NCBI GenBank assembly: GCA_021432655.1
Contig: MU271250.1
Coordinates: forward strand, 1 to 64,000
Origin: Atractiella rhizophila
Taxonomy: Eukaryota
Length of the DNA stretch: 64,000 bases
Direction: 5' to 3'
Made by a program: the position numbers and the translations under genes. Positions 24,034 to 35,799 of this stretch are shown here, in pieces; the stretch's first letter is position 1, and each line of letters begins with the position of its first letter. The notes beneath the pieces are model-generated. The model was not told the origin of the DNA. It made no database searches and saw only the letters and a program-made list of their open reading frames with translations.

Positions 24034-26641
24034 TAACTCGTAAAGGGGTTTGATCGAGTTGTCGAATCGAGGTTGGAAAGTGTGGTGGAATGGAGAGCAG
24101 CAACATTCGCCGCATAGTCAACAGGTAGGAAACATTCAGCAATTGAAGCAGGGGATTCAAGAAAACGAAGAAAATTTTGAGGAAGGTTGAAAGGAACAAA
24201 TTTTGATATGGTAAGAGGAAGGCAATTTCGAATCCAAGACAAATTAGAAGAAAATTTCGGCTGATCATATACGGATGGAGTAGAAATTGTTAAACTAGGC
24301 AGAAGAGAATTATTAGTAGAAGCAAGGAGTGCAGAGGGAGAAGTGGAGGGCAGGATCTTTCCCGGGGTTGTATCGTGTTCTTCCATAAAATTGAGGTATT
24401 CCTGGTCTGAAATTTCTTGCAATGCCCTGTCAAAAGACATGTCGCCATTCGGGGCATACTGTACATGGGTGTGAAAATGAGGATCATTTGAAGGCACTGG
24501 GTTGTCATGGGAGAATAGTGGAAGAAAGAGTGGGTGGATGTCAAGGTCTGGATGCTGAGCCGGGAGAGGAACAGGCCAGCGTCGTTGTTCATAAGCAACC
24601 TGGACGTAGGATGGCCAGTAGGACAGGTCACCATTGTGGATGATCTTTCCATCAAGGTTTCCATCGTACCGCCCATCAGGTCCAGGGCTAAAAATGTCGT
24701 TGGCCGCGCGGGGAATGCCGTCACTATTGAGTTCGTTTGGAGATGCAAAAGCCGGGCTGGCAATCAACACCGAAGGGTGGACATATTGAGATCGACCGGA
24801 GGAGTTAGGTTGAAGAGTAATACCCATCGCCTCGAAGGCAGCATCACCGGTTTTCTCTCGCTGTATAACTGGTACTCGGCAACTGGAAGATATGTGTCCT
24901 ATACCAAGGCAGTATACACATTGATTTGGCTGTACAATAAAATGACCCGACGGCGAGATAGATCCTGGCCAGGAGTCAATCCCGTCGTAGTCCCACGCCC
25001 GGCGGCCAAATACACGGGTCCCTGGATGACCGTAAACTCGCCTTGCGAGATGATACGTCTTCCCAAAGTGTCGCAAAGTAGGAGGCCGAACCGACCAAGG
25101 TCGGTTATACATCGGAGCGACTGGGGGGGTAGAAACGAGGATACGTGGTAGTGAAGTAGTTGCCAAGGAGGGTCGATAAGGAGGTGTAGATGGGTGCCTC
25201 AATGTGGGAGTCTGGCTTCGCAGTGTTGCAGATGACGCAGGTGGAAAATGACGAGCAGAGGATGGGGAAAAACGTATCGGCTGGGAGGAAGGTGGCATTG
25301 ACAAAGATCGAGACTGAGAAGGAAATACAGCATATACACTTGTGTCTCTCTAAAAATGCATGGGGATAGCAGGGTCTCCATGCTCTAGAACAGTGTTCGT
25401 TACATCTTCCGCTTTCAGTTTCTGAAAAAGATCGTTTAGATCATTCCTGGTGACATTCTTTGGATTGAGTGCAAACTTCCTCCATTCAGGTTCAAGGAGG
25501 TTAACGAAGAGGAGGAAGCGGACTGCATCGGACAGAGTGTAAGCAGAGTCTGCAGAGAGTAGTTCCGCATAAATCGCGTTCCATTTGGTGATGAACTGCG
25601 CCAAGGACGTGCATCCAGATCCACTTTGATAAAATGTGATCAATTTGGCTATAATCGTGTGACCCATAACGGCCTGCATTGTGCTGTATAGTGCCTGCAT
25701 CCTTGCGACGATGGAGCTAGCAACACGCTTTTCTTCTTCAGAAAGCTGATTCACAGCCGTGAGGTCCAAATTCGCAAGGACTATAGCCACAGCCTTGGCG
25801 TTCCCAGCTTCCCAACATTCCATAGCGTCCTCCCATTGTGACAAATTGCTGAAAGTGTTACGCAAAGGTTGAGTACGGCGAAAGTCCTCTGTCCCAACCA
25901 GCTCGTCCAATGCATAGCGGTAAACCATACGGACCTGGAGACCCATTCTCATCGCCGCCCACCAACTGGTAAAACCCACCCTTAGAATAGAAGGCACTCC
26001 ATCAATAATAAGTCCCGTCGTCCCAGCCGAAGATTCCATATCGATTGTCCGAAAAGAGTGTGGAGGTGATGAGGTGTTTGATGAAGGGATTAAAAACTCG
26101 GTCGTATTTGATAGGGCAGTGGTGCATGTAGGGGAGGATCTCTGTCATCAAATGGTGTGAGGTATCGAGAAGACATGTACAATCAGTACACTTCGTAGTG
26201 TTGTTACAAGAATTCGCAATGGGCAGCGTTAAACCCAATACTGGACAATCGAGGAGATACTTGTGGCTAACAGATGACTCTCACTACCATGTTAGCTGAT
26301 CCCCAGCGAATATGAGATGGTGGAAAACACTGGGAAATCAGGGCGGAGAAAAACCTAACCCTATGTACATACTGTGAGCTGCAGTACCATTTTGCTCCAA
26401 AATAGTTGAATTTAGCAGAGCTGCTAGAATTCGATTGAGGAAAAGGTAAAATTGAGTGGAATGCGTCGGTGAGGTTCCGAGGAGGATCCTGGAAGTGTCT
26501 GGTCGTTACCAAACCTGCAACGCCAGTAGCTAGCATGCTCGTCGCAAAAAAAGGTGACTGTACCCCATCATTGAAAAGAATTAGCAATATCCAGGTACAA
26601 CGGAAAAGTAACCACAAGGAACACGGACAGTAGTTTCCACA
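24034..26641 (-). mobile_element. Ty1/Copia fragment: 5' LTR (about 26290-26641), iMet-type PBS and gag region, truncated before the protease
   Basis: PBS TGGTAGTGAGAG at 26278-26289. Gag is similar to 57415-58704 (IDGVPSILRVGFTSWW vs IDNVPPISRVGFERWW). Knuckle CVYCLGIGHISSSC. The outer LTR boundary is uncertain. Confidence 0.8.
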
Positions 26642-26699
26642 AATCCACGAATTCCAGTAGTCACCAGTTCTCGAGGTCCGTCGCGACGTGCTTTCGTAT

Positions 26700-27511
26700 G
26701 GATGCCAGCCCTGACTGGTGGCGCATTGACACCAACATCAACATCGACGCCACCGTCTTGGTGGCTTCCTCTTCTTCCTATGCTTCGGTTTCTTTGATTT
26801 GGACTTACGTGGATTAGATCCTGCTTTCAGCTGAACGTTCAATCCACGATGCTTGGAACGGCGCTCAATTCAATTCAGTTCGCGCATGCCCCCCGACAAA
26901 ATGCATCGGATCGAATGAACGAATGGAGAGCGGGGGAAAGCAAGACCCACTTCTTCCATGCATAACCGGGACTGGGAGTAGGTCGCACCATCGAAGTTTA
27001 TAAAACTGTGATGATTTTTCCAGTGTTGACTACAACGCCATTTAGCTTAGCTTTCCACATCGACCTTGAAGAGCGGGAGAGAGAGATAGACCAGTGGTGC
27101 GGATCGTAGTAGATGCTGCGCCATTCCGGACCAATATATGAGCCATAAACTGTAACGTCATGCACGGGCCAGAGGTAGCGCAGCAGGGATAACGAAATCG
27201 TGGTGGTGGCGACCGTAGGTACCAACCTGATTAATGAGGAAATCCAGCATAGTAAGGAACATGGAAGTCGAACTTCTTCAACTGATCTGCATGTATGACA
27301 GCTGGCATCGTCGGTTTCTGATTCGAGGTGTAGCCAAGTCGGGCCTTCGGAATGGAACCCAACTTGTGGTTCTCTGCAGTATCAAATTCAGTGGCTTCGC
27401 TTCGACAGGAGATCCTTGCTCTTTCGGAGGCGGAAGAAGTTGGCAGAGCCGCCCCAACTGAAGAAGAAGCGAAGAGGGAGAGGAGGAGGAGGAGCTAAAT
27501 AGTTCCAGCAT
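26700..27511 (-). pseudogene. Possible decayed secreted-protein gene
   Basis: A signal-peptide-like LLLLLSLFASSSVGAALP is out of frame with the ATG at 27511. Confidence 0.25.
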
Positions 27512-28107
27512 GGTGATATTAGCAAGTCAACCACTTCGAAAGGCTCGGTTCGATGTGTAAATGGTCGTGATTTCGTCGATCTGCTCGGCAGATAAAGGAG
27601 GAATTGAGGTCACAAGAAATAGAACAGGCAAGCGCAAGAGTTGTTAGACATCAAGGTCCTCAGTTTATCATCTATGGCAGGGAACAGGCATTGAGATGCA
27701 CTAAAAGACCAATAAGCCTTGAAGGAGGACATGAAGGAGCTCCTACTCTGTCAAAGAGAAGGGGGAAATCGAGAGATCTTTTTGATTGTTGCACCAGGCA
27801 GGCTGGGAAAAAGAGAAAAGACTTTGAGAGGAACGTGAGTTTTATATCCCATTGGCACGCCCCTTTCTGTGATCACAACAAATTCTAGCTTCGACTCAGG
27901 TCGATTCTAGGTTGGGAATGTATGAATTGGATCTGAGACATTTATGAGAACACGAAAACTCCACAAGAGAAAGCTGAGAGGAGCTCTGATATAAAGAATG
28001 GCAGTCTTGTTGATCCTCCTATAATATTTAGGAGGTTTTATCCGAAACTCAAGGACATGGCAGTCGACTCAACATGATGTAAAACAGGATGTAAACCTGA
28101 TGGACTG

Positions 28108-28560
28108 ATGCATACAAATATCGACACCCAAGAGTTGTGGCTTCCATACCTTGAGAGTGGCTGGTCCATCAAGTGTAAATTCTTTCCAATTATCGTCCAC
28201 GCCGTCCCCACCTCATTCGACATCAATTCTAAGGAAGAGGTTCGAAGACGTATCGAACCTTTCAACCTCAACCTATACAAACACATCACCAAAATAAGCT
28301 GGTGCTGCACCAAGAAGATGACTACCACTCCCTCAAAAAGGTTCAAAACCCACTCCTCCCTCATCATTGCCCTCGACCACAACTCGGTAGCTGACGCACT
28401 CATCGAATTCGGTCTCATCATTGACGGGAAAGCCACTGTGGAAAAGTCCATCCGAGATGTCCTAAGACAAGTGTGTCAGTGCCCTCGTTGCTCGGACATC
28501 CCCCTGCCAAGGACTTCGCCCATTGGACCCCAGCCTCCAGCAGCCACTGCGTGGAGCTCT
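28108..28560 (+). mobile_element. LINE (Tad1-like) ORF1 fragment
   Basis: IIVHAVPT...KTHSSLIIAL...ADALIEFGLIIDG...VEK followed by decayed Cys knuckles. Confidence 0.65.
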
Positions 28561-29116
28561 TGCCTCCGGCAGCCAAGCACAGACCCATCATACATACTCT
28601 ACTGTGTTCAAAAAACAATGAAAGCTGAGTGGTCTCCAAGGTACGAGGAGAACCACTTCAGCTTTTGACTATATATACTGTTAGGAACATGCTGAGAGAT
28701 AATCAGTGATTGAGTACTCATAACACTTCCTTGTAAACTACATTATCTGTTTGCTTTCTTCTCCTTGCTTTGTTTTGACCAATATGTCAGGCTTGCCCTA
28801 CACATTACCGAAATACACCATCCGAAGTCACGTGATCCACTTTACCACGTCATGGCATCACGTGCCTCCCAATCGCTGCTTTGCTGCCTGCGCTGTTCGC
28901 CGCTTTCCCCTTTCTCACACGAATCGCCGCTCAGCAAACCTTATACATTTCTCCGGTCTGCGCCGTCTCCATTTTCGCCTTATTGTCCTTTCTCACTGGT
29001 ACTACCCAGTATATCCTATTTCCGAGTATTCCCTTTATTGCTTTCCGGATCTAGCTATCTTATGTGTTTCAAGAAACATATGTTACAGTTTATGGCAGTG
29101 CCTTTACATATGTATA

Positions 29117-29399
29117 TCCTATACTCTAAGGTTCATCAGTTCTTGACATGAGTCATAAGACACACTTTTGAGCCCTCACACCTCCCTCACCATACACAAT
29201 AGAATGAAATGTATTGTATCATCATATCCCACATGCTTGCCCCTTTCTGAACCTGCAAGGAAATTTTATTCTGAAAGGGTTGAAAAATGTGTTTTGTACT
29301 GGACTCGAACCCTTACAACGGTCACAGTAGGGTTCAAGGGGCCATGCCCCTTGCGAGTGGGTTGGGGGGCCTGAGGGACAAAGGCTGTTCACACACTTG
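29117..29399 (+). mobile_element. Non-autonomous mini-Helitron (283 bp)
   Basis: Inserted between A and T of the LTR TATA with no TSD, and removing it restores CATATGTATATATACATC. It has 5' TC, 3' CTTG (a CTRR variant) and GC-rich hairpins near the 3' end. Confidence 0.7.
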
Positions 29400-29486
29400 T
29401 ATACATCAAGATGTAGTGGTGGTGACCTCAGAGTATTCTCTTAGGTTTACCTCCACTACAGGTTAGTCTTCTCATGCCATACTATT

Positions 29487-29775
29487 TGTGAGAGAGGGAC
29501 ATACCACATGACTCCGTTTTACTTTGTCATTTTCCTTCCCTTCGCTCGTTTCTCTCGCTTTGTTCATGTTCATTCCCTTCGCTCGTTCCTCTCGTTTCGT
29601 TTCCCTCTCTCTTTCTTGATCTCCACTCTTCGGCACGTGTACATAGGGTTAGGACCATCGCCAACCTGATTCCCCAGCGTTTCCACCATCTCATTTCGCT
29701 GGGGATCAGGTACGTAGCTTCATTTCATGTCATTGAGCGTTTCCACCATCTCATTTCGCTGGGGATCAGCTCACA
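29487..29775 (+). mobile_element. Copia-type solo LTR (289 bp)
   Basis: TGTGAG...CTCACA ends and TSD CTATT. The 3' part matches the LTR of the Copia fragment at 26290. Confidence 0.88.
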
Positions 29776-30879
29776 CTATTCACTTAGGTTTACCTCCACT
29801 ACAGACGCATTGCCCATCGGCGACCGCACATAGTGTTTGCCCTAACACAATACTTGTAAATTGTTCGCATTTGAAACCCGTGAAAGACCAATATAAAGCT
29901 GCCCATGAGAGAAAGGAGAAGACTCTAAGTACAAACTTACATGTCCAACAGATTGTCCTTGTACTTTATTCAGAGTTAAGGCAAATGCTAAGGGCACAGG
30001 GAAGTGAAAGCACCAGAATTGAAAAGGAAGCTGGTTTGATACTGCACTGTCAATGCTGATTCGAGGAATGAGAACCGATTCGCTGTGCGCACCTGTAACG
30101 ATGGTTGCTTCAATGACTCGCCAGAGAAGCTGAGTGACAATGAACCATGTGCCATTGCACTGGCCAGCAGATGGATTGAGATTTCGCAGAAGAATGATGG
30201 GTACACTGGTCTTGAGGTGTAAGCAATACGAAGAGAATCCAGAGATCTCCGGGGTATTCAGGTACTCGACAGAGAAGCGATTTCTAAGATCTTCCTCGTC
30301 ATCTATAATTTGATCTGCACTATAATATACCGGATCTCCTGTGGATTCAGGCCACTGAATCAAGTGATCATTGATGCCATCCATATCCACATTCTTTGCT
30401 GCTGGAATCATGCGAACCTGGAAGTATTCTTGAAGGAAGCTCAGAGCAGGGATATTTTGCAGAGAATCTAGTTGGCCGTAAATTGAGCACAACAGACCAT
30501 CTAGTCCTTCGTGGGATGGAATAATAGACCCATCTGGTATCTTTAAGGTTCCACATCCATTGTCTGATGGATTATTAGCGAGACCATTTCCAACATTAAG
30601 GAGCCACTGGGCAAATCTGGTTACATGCTGAAATTTGGCTGGTGTCAATTCCTGTTGGCCTTGAAGAAGGCACATATTGGTTTTCAAAGGCAGGACTTGA
30701 ACATTCGGCCAGAAGTTAGAATTAATGGGCATCTTCAATCTGTGGTCAGGTTCCATTTGGAACTACCGGAAGACATTGTCTGCCATCTCCTGTGAACAGT
30801 ATGTTAATAAAGAACTACTTAAAGGGAAGTATCGTACCACAGAAAACCATGGGTGCTCCTCCAAATGGTCTTGAATCCT

Positions 30880-31800
30880 TTTTAAGAGGAGGTGTGGTTA
30901 GTGCAATTTCACTCAAAATGTCCCTAGTCGATAGGTTATCGACACAGGTGTAGAGGGGGTATGGTCAGTGCAATTTAGCTCCAAATGTCCTAATCTATAG
31001 CTCATCACCAAAGGTAGCTAATGAGGATGTGGAGACAAAGTTCATATATACATGCAATTTCCATATGAATGATATATCACCCCCACAGAGATACTGTAGC
31101 TCCATATGCTTGACCTGATAAAATGTTCCTGCAAACCACCCTCATCATTGCATGTTTTACATTCTTGCTCACACTCATGTTACATTTACTGGTAGATGTA
31201 AAAATCACTAAGGGTTTAGAATATAGCGTAACATGCGCCTGTCTTCATGTAAAATGTTTCAGCAATGATATTATTTATTGGCACTAAAATCATTATTGAT
31301 CATCTGTTTATCATCATCTTTGACCATAATGATTCAAAACAAGCTCTTTAATAGGTCACATCTGTTAAATCATTCTTAACACATTTCATTTTAATGGTAT
31401 TACTATTTTATATGGATTCATCATCTTGATCATTGGTCATACATTCAAGTTTGTGTGTACATCAAAATGATTCTACACAATTCAGCCCCTTGCTTGCTTA
31501 AGAATACATCTGATGCATGCACTACTTTCAGCAGGGTATCAATCTATCCATGTCCGTAGCCAATCTTAAGCGGCTGCATGGCTGAGTTTCATTTTGGTTC
31601 TCAGTCCCATCTTCACCAGGTGTCAATAACCTATCGACATGGGCCACTCTCAACAAAATTGCACCCCTCATACCCGCTCTCCCTGGTGTTGATAACTTAT
31701 CAACATGGGCCAGTTTCAACAAAATTGCTCTCCTCAAACCCCTCTATGACTGTTGTCAATAACCTATCGATCTGGCGCAGTTTTGGCAAAATTGCACTTA
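30880..31800. repeat. Fold-back arrangement of degenerate ~60-bp repeats around an AT-rich core
   Basis: GTCGATAGGTTATCGACAC and GTGCAATTT at about 30900-30980 are inverted relative to GTGTCAATAACCTATCGAC and AAATTGCAC units at about 31620-31800. Confidence 0.55.
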
Positions 31801-32019
31801 TTGTTAATAACGTATAGAGAACACATTGTCTAAACTGTTATAAATTAATTTTGCAACTTTTTTAATTGGAGATATATGCTAAATATGAACCAGAGCTGTC
31901 CAATGAAGCCAGGATTTCAATGGATAAGTGATTTAAGATGTGTCTTAGAGAGGACATTGCCTGGGCCTGCAAGTGTTTATATGTACATGACATTTTGACT
32001 GGATTGCTGTTCATATCTG

Positions 32020-32225
32020 TGGCAGGGTTCTATCCTGGTTGACTAAGAGCCAACAGTTTCGTGATGATGCTGTTTTTGGAGGCAGGGTCGTGCCCTGGGT
32101 GCCTAAGAGGCAAGGATGTAGCCAAGATCTTGTTCCTGACAGAGGTAGGGTTGTATCCTGGGCAGCCTGGAGGCAGGATTCAGCCTGGATCTCATTCCTC
32201 AAAGAGGCAGGGTTGAACCCTAAAG
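32020..32225. repeat. Degenerate tandem repeat (GGCAGGGTT...CCTGG units)
   Basis: Four or more diverged copies are visible. Confidence 0.5.
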
Positions 32226-32419
32226 TACTGTTAGTAGCAGCCAGCCAGCGACCCGAAGTGCCCGCTTCGCGAATGGTAGCGAACTTGGCGCCCTCGTGAT
32301 GAACCTCGCATGTTTGAGCAAGTTCGTGTCGGGGCTAATCCCACCTCGCAAACCAATTTGGCCGTCGTGTCCGAGCTGACGGGACTCAATGGTGTGTTCT
32401 GTCCCATCTGGTTAGTTCC

Positions 32420-33545
32420 GTCAGTGAGAGCCTCACGACTGGGCTGACCTCACCCTGGCCCTGACCCTAACTCCATTCCCCAGCCAAATTTGACTGATGA
32501 AACAGTTCTGTCATGAAGGAATAGTAGTAGAAAGGCCACACAAAGCCAGAGCAGTTTATATACCTTCTCCCCCTGCCATATGGGGCCAGGCCATCACTTA
32601 TGCTGCTTAGTAGAAGCTCCTCACAGTCATTCAGCTAAGTTTTCAGCCATAAATCAATGTAGTGGAGCAGTGTGGACACCCCACAAGGCAGGAGCTCCAC
32701 CTGTTAGCCTGGCAATCAATTAAAATCATCACATCATCCACTTAAGACCAGGACAGCCGCTGATGAAATGATGCAAAAAAATAGTCATCCCACAGCATTT
32801 TGCCATCGAAAAGCAACGGAAAAGATGCCTCAGGACTCTCCATGACTGCCCTGATTCATCCAGAGCATCCCTATTTAGCACAAAGAGCATATGATGTGTT
32901 GCCGCCTTATCTTGAGGAACAGGGAAATGCAGGAGAGACACCCCATAGAGGGGGTGCCAGGACCCCTTGAGCGACCAAAAAGGCGCCACAAATACCACAT
33001 TCCACCCTATTTCCTTCCACATAAGGACTCAACATTGCAATGAATAGCAAAAAACACAAGAAAGAACCTCAGCCTATGCTGAAGCGCAGATAATAACTTT
33101 GCATGATGCAATGGGCAATCCCCATCGATTCCATCACTTATAAACCACTTAGAGCGCCTCCCAAAGAGCCCTTACCATCACCGGAACTGAAGAAGCCTTA
33201 GGGAAACAGGATCTAGCCAGTCTTGTCTTCTGGTGGAACCCCTCATCTCACACCCCACTATCGCTCCTCGCCTCTTGCTGCTAGCTATTTACTGTTGGAA
33301 GTGTCTGAGATAAACATATCAAGAAGGGAGAAGCTACGCTGTGAGTGTGTCGTCTTTGGTTCGCTTTGGAGTCCCACTTTGTTGGACTCTGATGATTCTG
33401 TCCTCTCCTGTTGATGTTGGTCCCACCTTCATCCCTAACCCAGTCAGAGCCTCATGACTAGGCTAACAGGATCCTGGCCCTGACCCTAACTCCATTCCCC
33501 AGTCAAATTTGACTGACGGAACAGTTCCATCGCAAAGGAATAGGA
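32420..33545. repeat. Diverged ~105-bp direct repeat (about 32420-32523 and 33441-33543)
   Basis: Both copies share CCTGGCCCTGACCCTAACTCCATTCCCCAGYCAAATTTGACTGA. Confidence 0.65.
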
Positions 33546-33897
33546 TGTCCCCCGCAAAGCGGGACTACAAAAGCCTCTACTTTGATCCAAGGCCTTTCAG
33601 AGGTTTGTGTTTTCGGGTAAGGTTCACATCTGGGAGGGCGAGGCCATGCATGGGTCTCATGTTGGCCTCGCTGGATTCTGGTATACGTTTAAGGGTTTAG
33701 CCGCCTAAGGGGCCACAAAGTGCAGACCCAAAGTGTTCCCTATCAGTTCACACGAAGCGAAATTTGGGATGGGGCGAGATTAACATGTTATAGCTAGTTC
33801 CTGTACAAAAGTGATTATTTTGCAAAAAGGGTGAATTTTGCATGTTGCAGACGCATAATAGTTATTTCGCGACAAGGGTGCACTTTGCAGGTCACAG

Positions 33898-34343
33898 TGT
33901 TAGGGCTGACACTATGTGCGGTCGCCGACGGACGATGCATCTGTAGTGGAGATAAACCTAAGAGCATGATATGACATGAAGACTAACCTGTAGTGGACAT
34001 AAACCTAAACTCTGAGGTCACCTCCACTACTCTCTGATCTATATATACAAGCGGAATAACACTGCCACAGAGCATAGAGGAGAGCAGATGAAACATGTAA
34101 GAGAACTAAAAGGGGAAGTGACAGTGGGATTACGTGGAGTTAATAAGAGGAGGATAGGCACAATTGGGCTAAGTGGTGATGTAGGTGCAAATGGGCGATG
34201 GGAGATGCAGAGTGGTGACGGTTCGCAGATTTGTATAGAATGCAAATGGGCGAACAGGCACCGATTCATGGGGAACGCAAATGGGCGATAGAAGATGCAA
34301 TCCGGCGAACGGGCGCTGATTTGCATAAGATGCAAACCTGACA
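33898..34343 (-). mobile_element. Gypsy solo LTR, divergent subfamily (shared R/U5, different U3)
   Basis: TG...CA ends and TSD CACAG. U3 contains TGCAAATGGGCGA repeats. Confidence 0.9.
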
Positions 34344-34467
34344 CACAGTCAGCTGCTCACCCGAAGTGGTAATTTCGCACCTGGAGGGCATTTCGCAAGT
34401 TGTGGCCTGTTGCTGATCCAAACTGTTTATTTTGTGACGGGACGTGCACTTCGCAAGTTGGAGCCTA

Positions 34468-34956
34468 TGTTAGGGCTGACACTATGTGCGGTCGCCAATA
34501 GGCGATGCGTCTGTAGTGGAGGTAAACCTAAGTGAATAGTATGGCATGAGGAGACTAACCTGTAGTGGAGGTAAACCTAAGAGAATACTCTGAGGTCACC
34601 ACCACTACATCTCGATGTATATATACATATGTAAGGGCACTGCCATAAACTGTAACATACGTTTCTTGAAACATGTAAGATAGCTAGATCAGGAAAGCAA
34701 CAAAGGAAATACTCGGAATTAAGGCATACTGAGCAGTACAAGTGAGAAAGGACAATAAAGCAATAATAGAGACGGTGCAGACCGGCGAAATGTGTAAGGT
34801 TTGCTGAGCGGCGATTCATGTGAGATAGGGAAAGCGGCGATCAGCGCGAACGTGAGCAAAGCGGCGATGGGGAGGCACGTGATCCTTCGACGTGATGAAA
34901 TAGGTCACGTGACTTCAAATGGTGCGTTTCGATAATGCGTAGGGGCAAGCCTGACA
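34468..34956 (-). mobile_element. Gypsy solo LTR (489 bp)
   Basis: TG...CA ends and TSD GCCTA. Collinear with 10955-11445. Confidence 0.95.
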
Positions 34957-35799
34957 GCCTATCACAGATCTGAAGTGGTCATTTCACAACTGGAGGTGCA
35001 TTTCGCAGGTTGCAGCCAGCAAGCCACCCAAAGTGGCCCTTTCGTGACTGGAGGTCAGTTGCTGCCCACCCCTAGTGCCAACAGTAACCATTATTTTGCA
35101 ACTAGAGGCACACTTTGCAGGTTGTGACCGGTTGCTGATCCGAAATGGTTATTTTGTGACCGGGGGTGCACTTTGCAGGTCAAAGCCAGCCGCTCAGCCA
35201 AAATGGTATTTCGTGACTGGAGGGCACTTTGGAAATGGTCATTTGGGGTTTTGTTGTCTCCGACCTTTTATCCAATTGCGTTGATATGTGACCAACATAC
35301 CAGACAGGTATCAGGGCAGATGCGTGGAGTATGAAAGAGATGGAGGAAGAAAAGGTAAGAACAATACGTATGGGGGAAAATGTTACCTGAGTATGGGGGA
35401 AAATGTTGCCTGACATCAGATTAGGCTTCTTGATTCGTTTATTGCTTTATAGGTGATGATAGATTGGCCACTTCTTCCGGATACGCTTCTCTTTCTTCTC
35501 GTCTGAGAGGACTGCCAGGTTGGCAAAGATAGGTTATATCGTCACTTGGATCTGGGGTATTTCTCATATTTGTCTGCTTGCCCCACGCTTGGCCGGCAAA
35601 CACGTCAGCGTAGTGGTACCATGGCTTCCGTGTCCAGCAGAACCAAATTGGTTGATTAATGTCATTCATTGCATTCTCCGAAAGTTCGTTCGTGCATTTG
35701 CTATGAGCTACTAGAATTGTAACAATGGAAAAGAGCTGTGGAGTGTGCATACAGCTCCCACCTGCTCAAGAAAGGCATCAAGGACAAAATCATTAATGT

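Larger units (their letters stand above)
28785..29847 (+). mobile_element. Gypsy solo LTR carrying two nested insertions
   Basis: TG...CA ends and 5-bp TSD CAATA (28780-28784, 29848-29852). Confidence 0.92.
28718..30875 (-). mobile_element. Helitron PIF1-like helicase C-terminal fragment, interrupted by a Gypsy solo LTR
   Basis: LLRNLNPSAGQCNGT, LAFALTLNKVQGQS and FSHGQLYIGLSRV. The terminal TDNVVYKEVL* resumes left of the LTR, with the stop at 28718-28720. Confidence 0.9.
33805..35235. repeat. Degenerate ~58-bp tandem array interrupted by two solo LTRs
   Basis: About nine units resembling AARTGGTYATTTYGYGACTGGAGGTGCACTTTGCAGGT. Confidence 0.7.

Noticed and set aside
28751..29151. Recurrent ORFs ending ...LQFMAVPLHMYI or ...SLWQCLYICI (also 34577 and 49363)
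   Set aside because: These are incidental translations of LTR U3 sequence, and the frames are not preserved among copies.
32457..32472. CCCTGACCCTAA as a telomere remnant
   Set aside because: Only two units inside a dispersed repeat, with no array.
35439..35750. 103-aa ORF as a small secreted protein
   Set aside because: The signal peptide is weak, no family is recognised, and it may be the 3' UTR of the LtrA-like gene.
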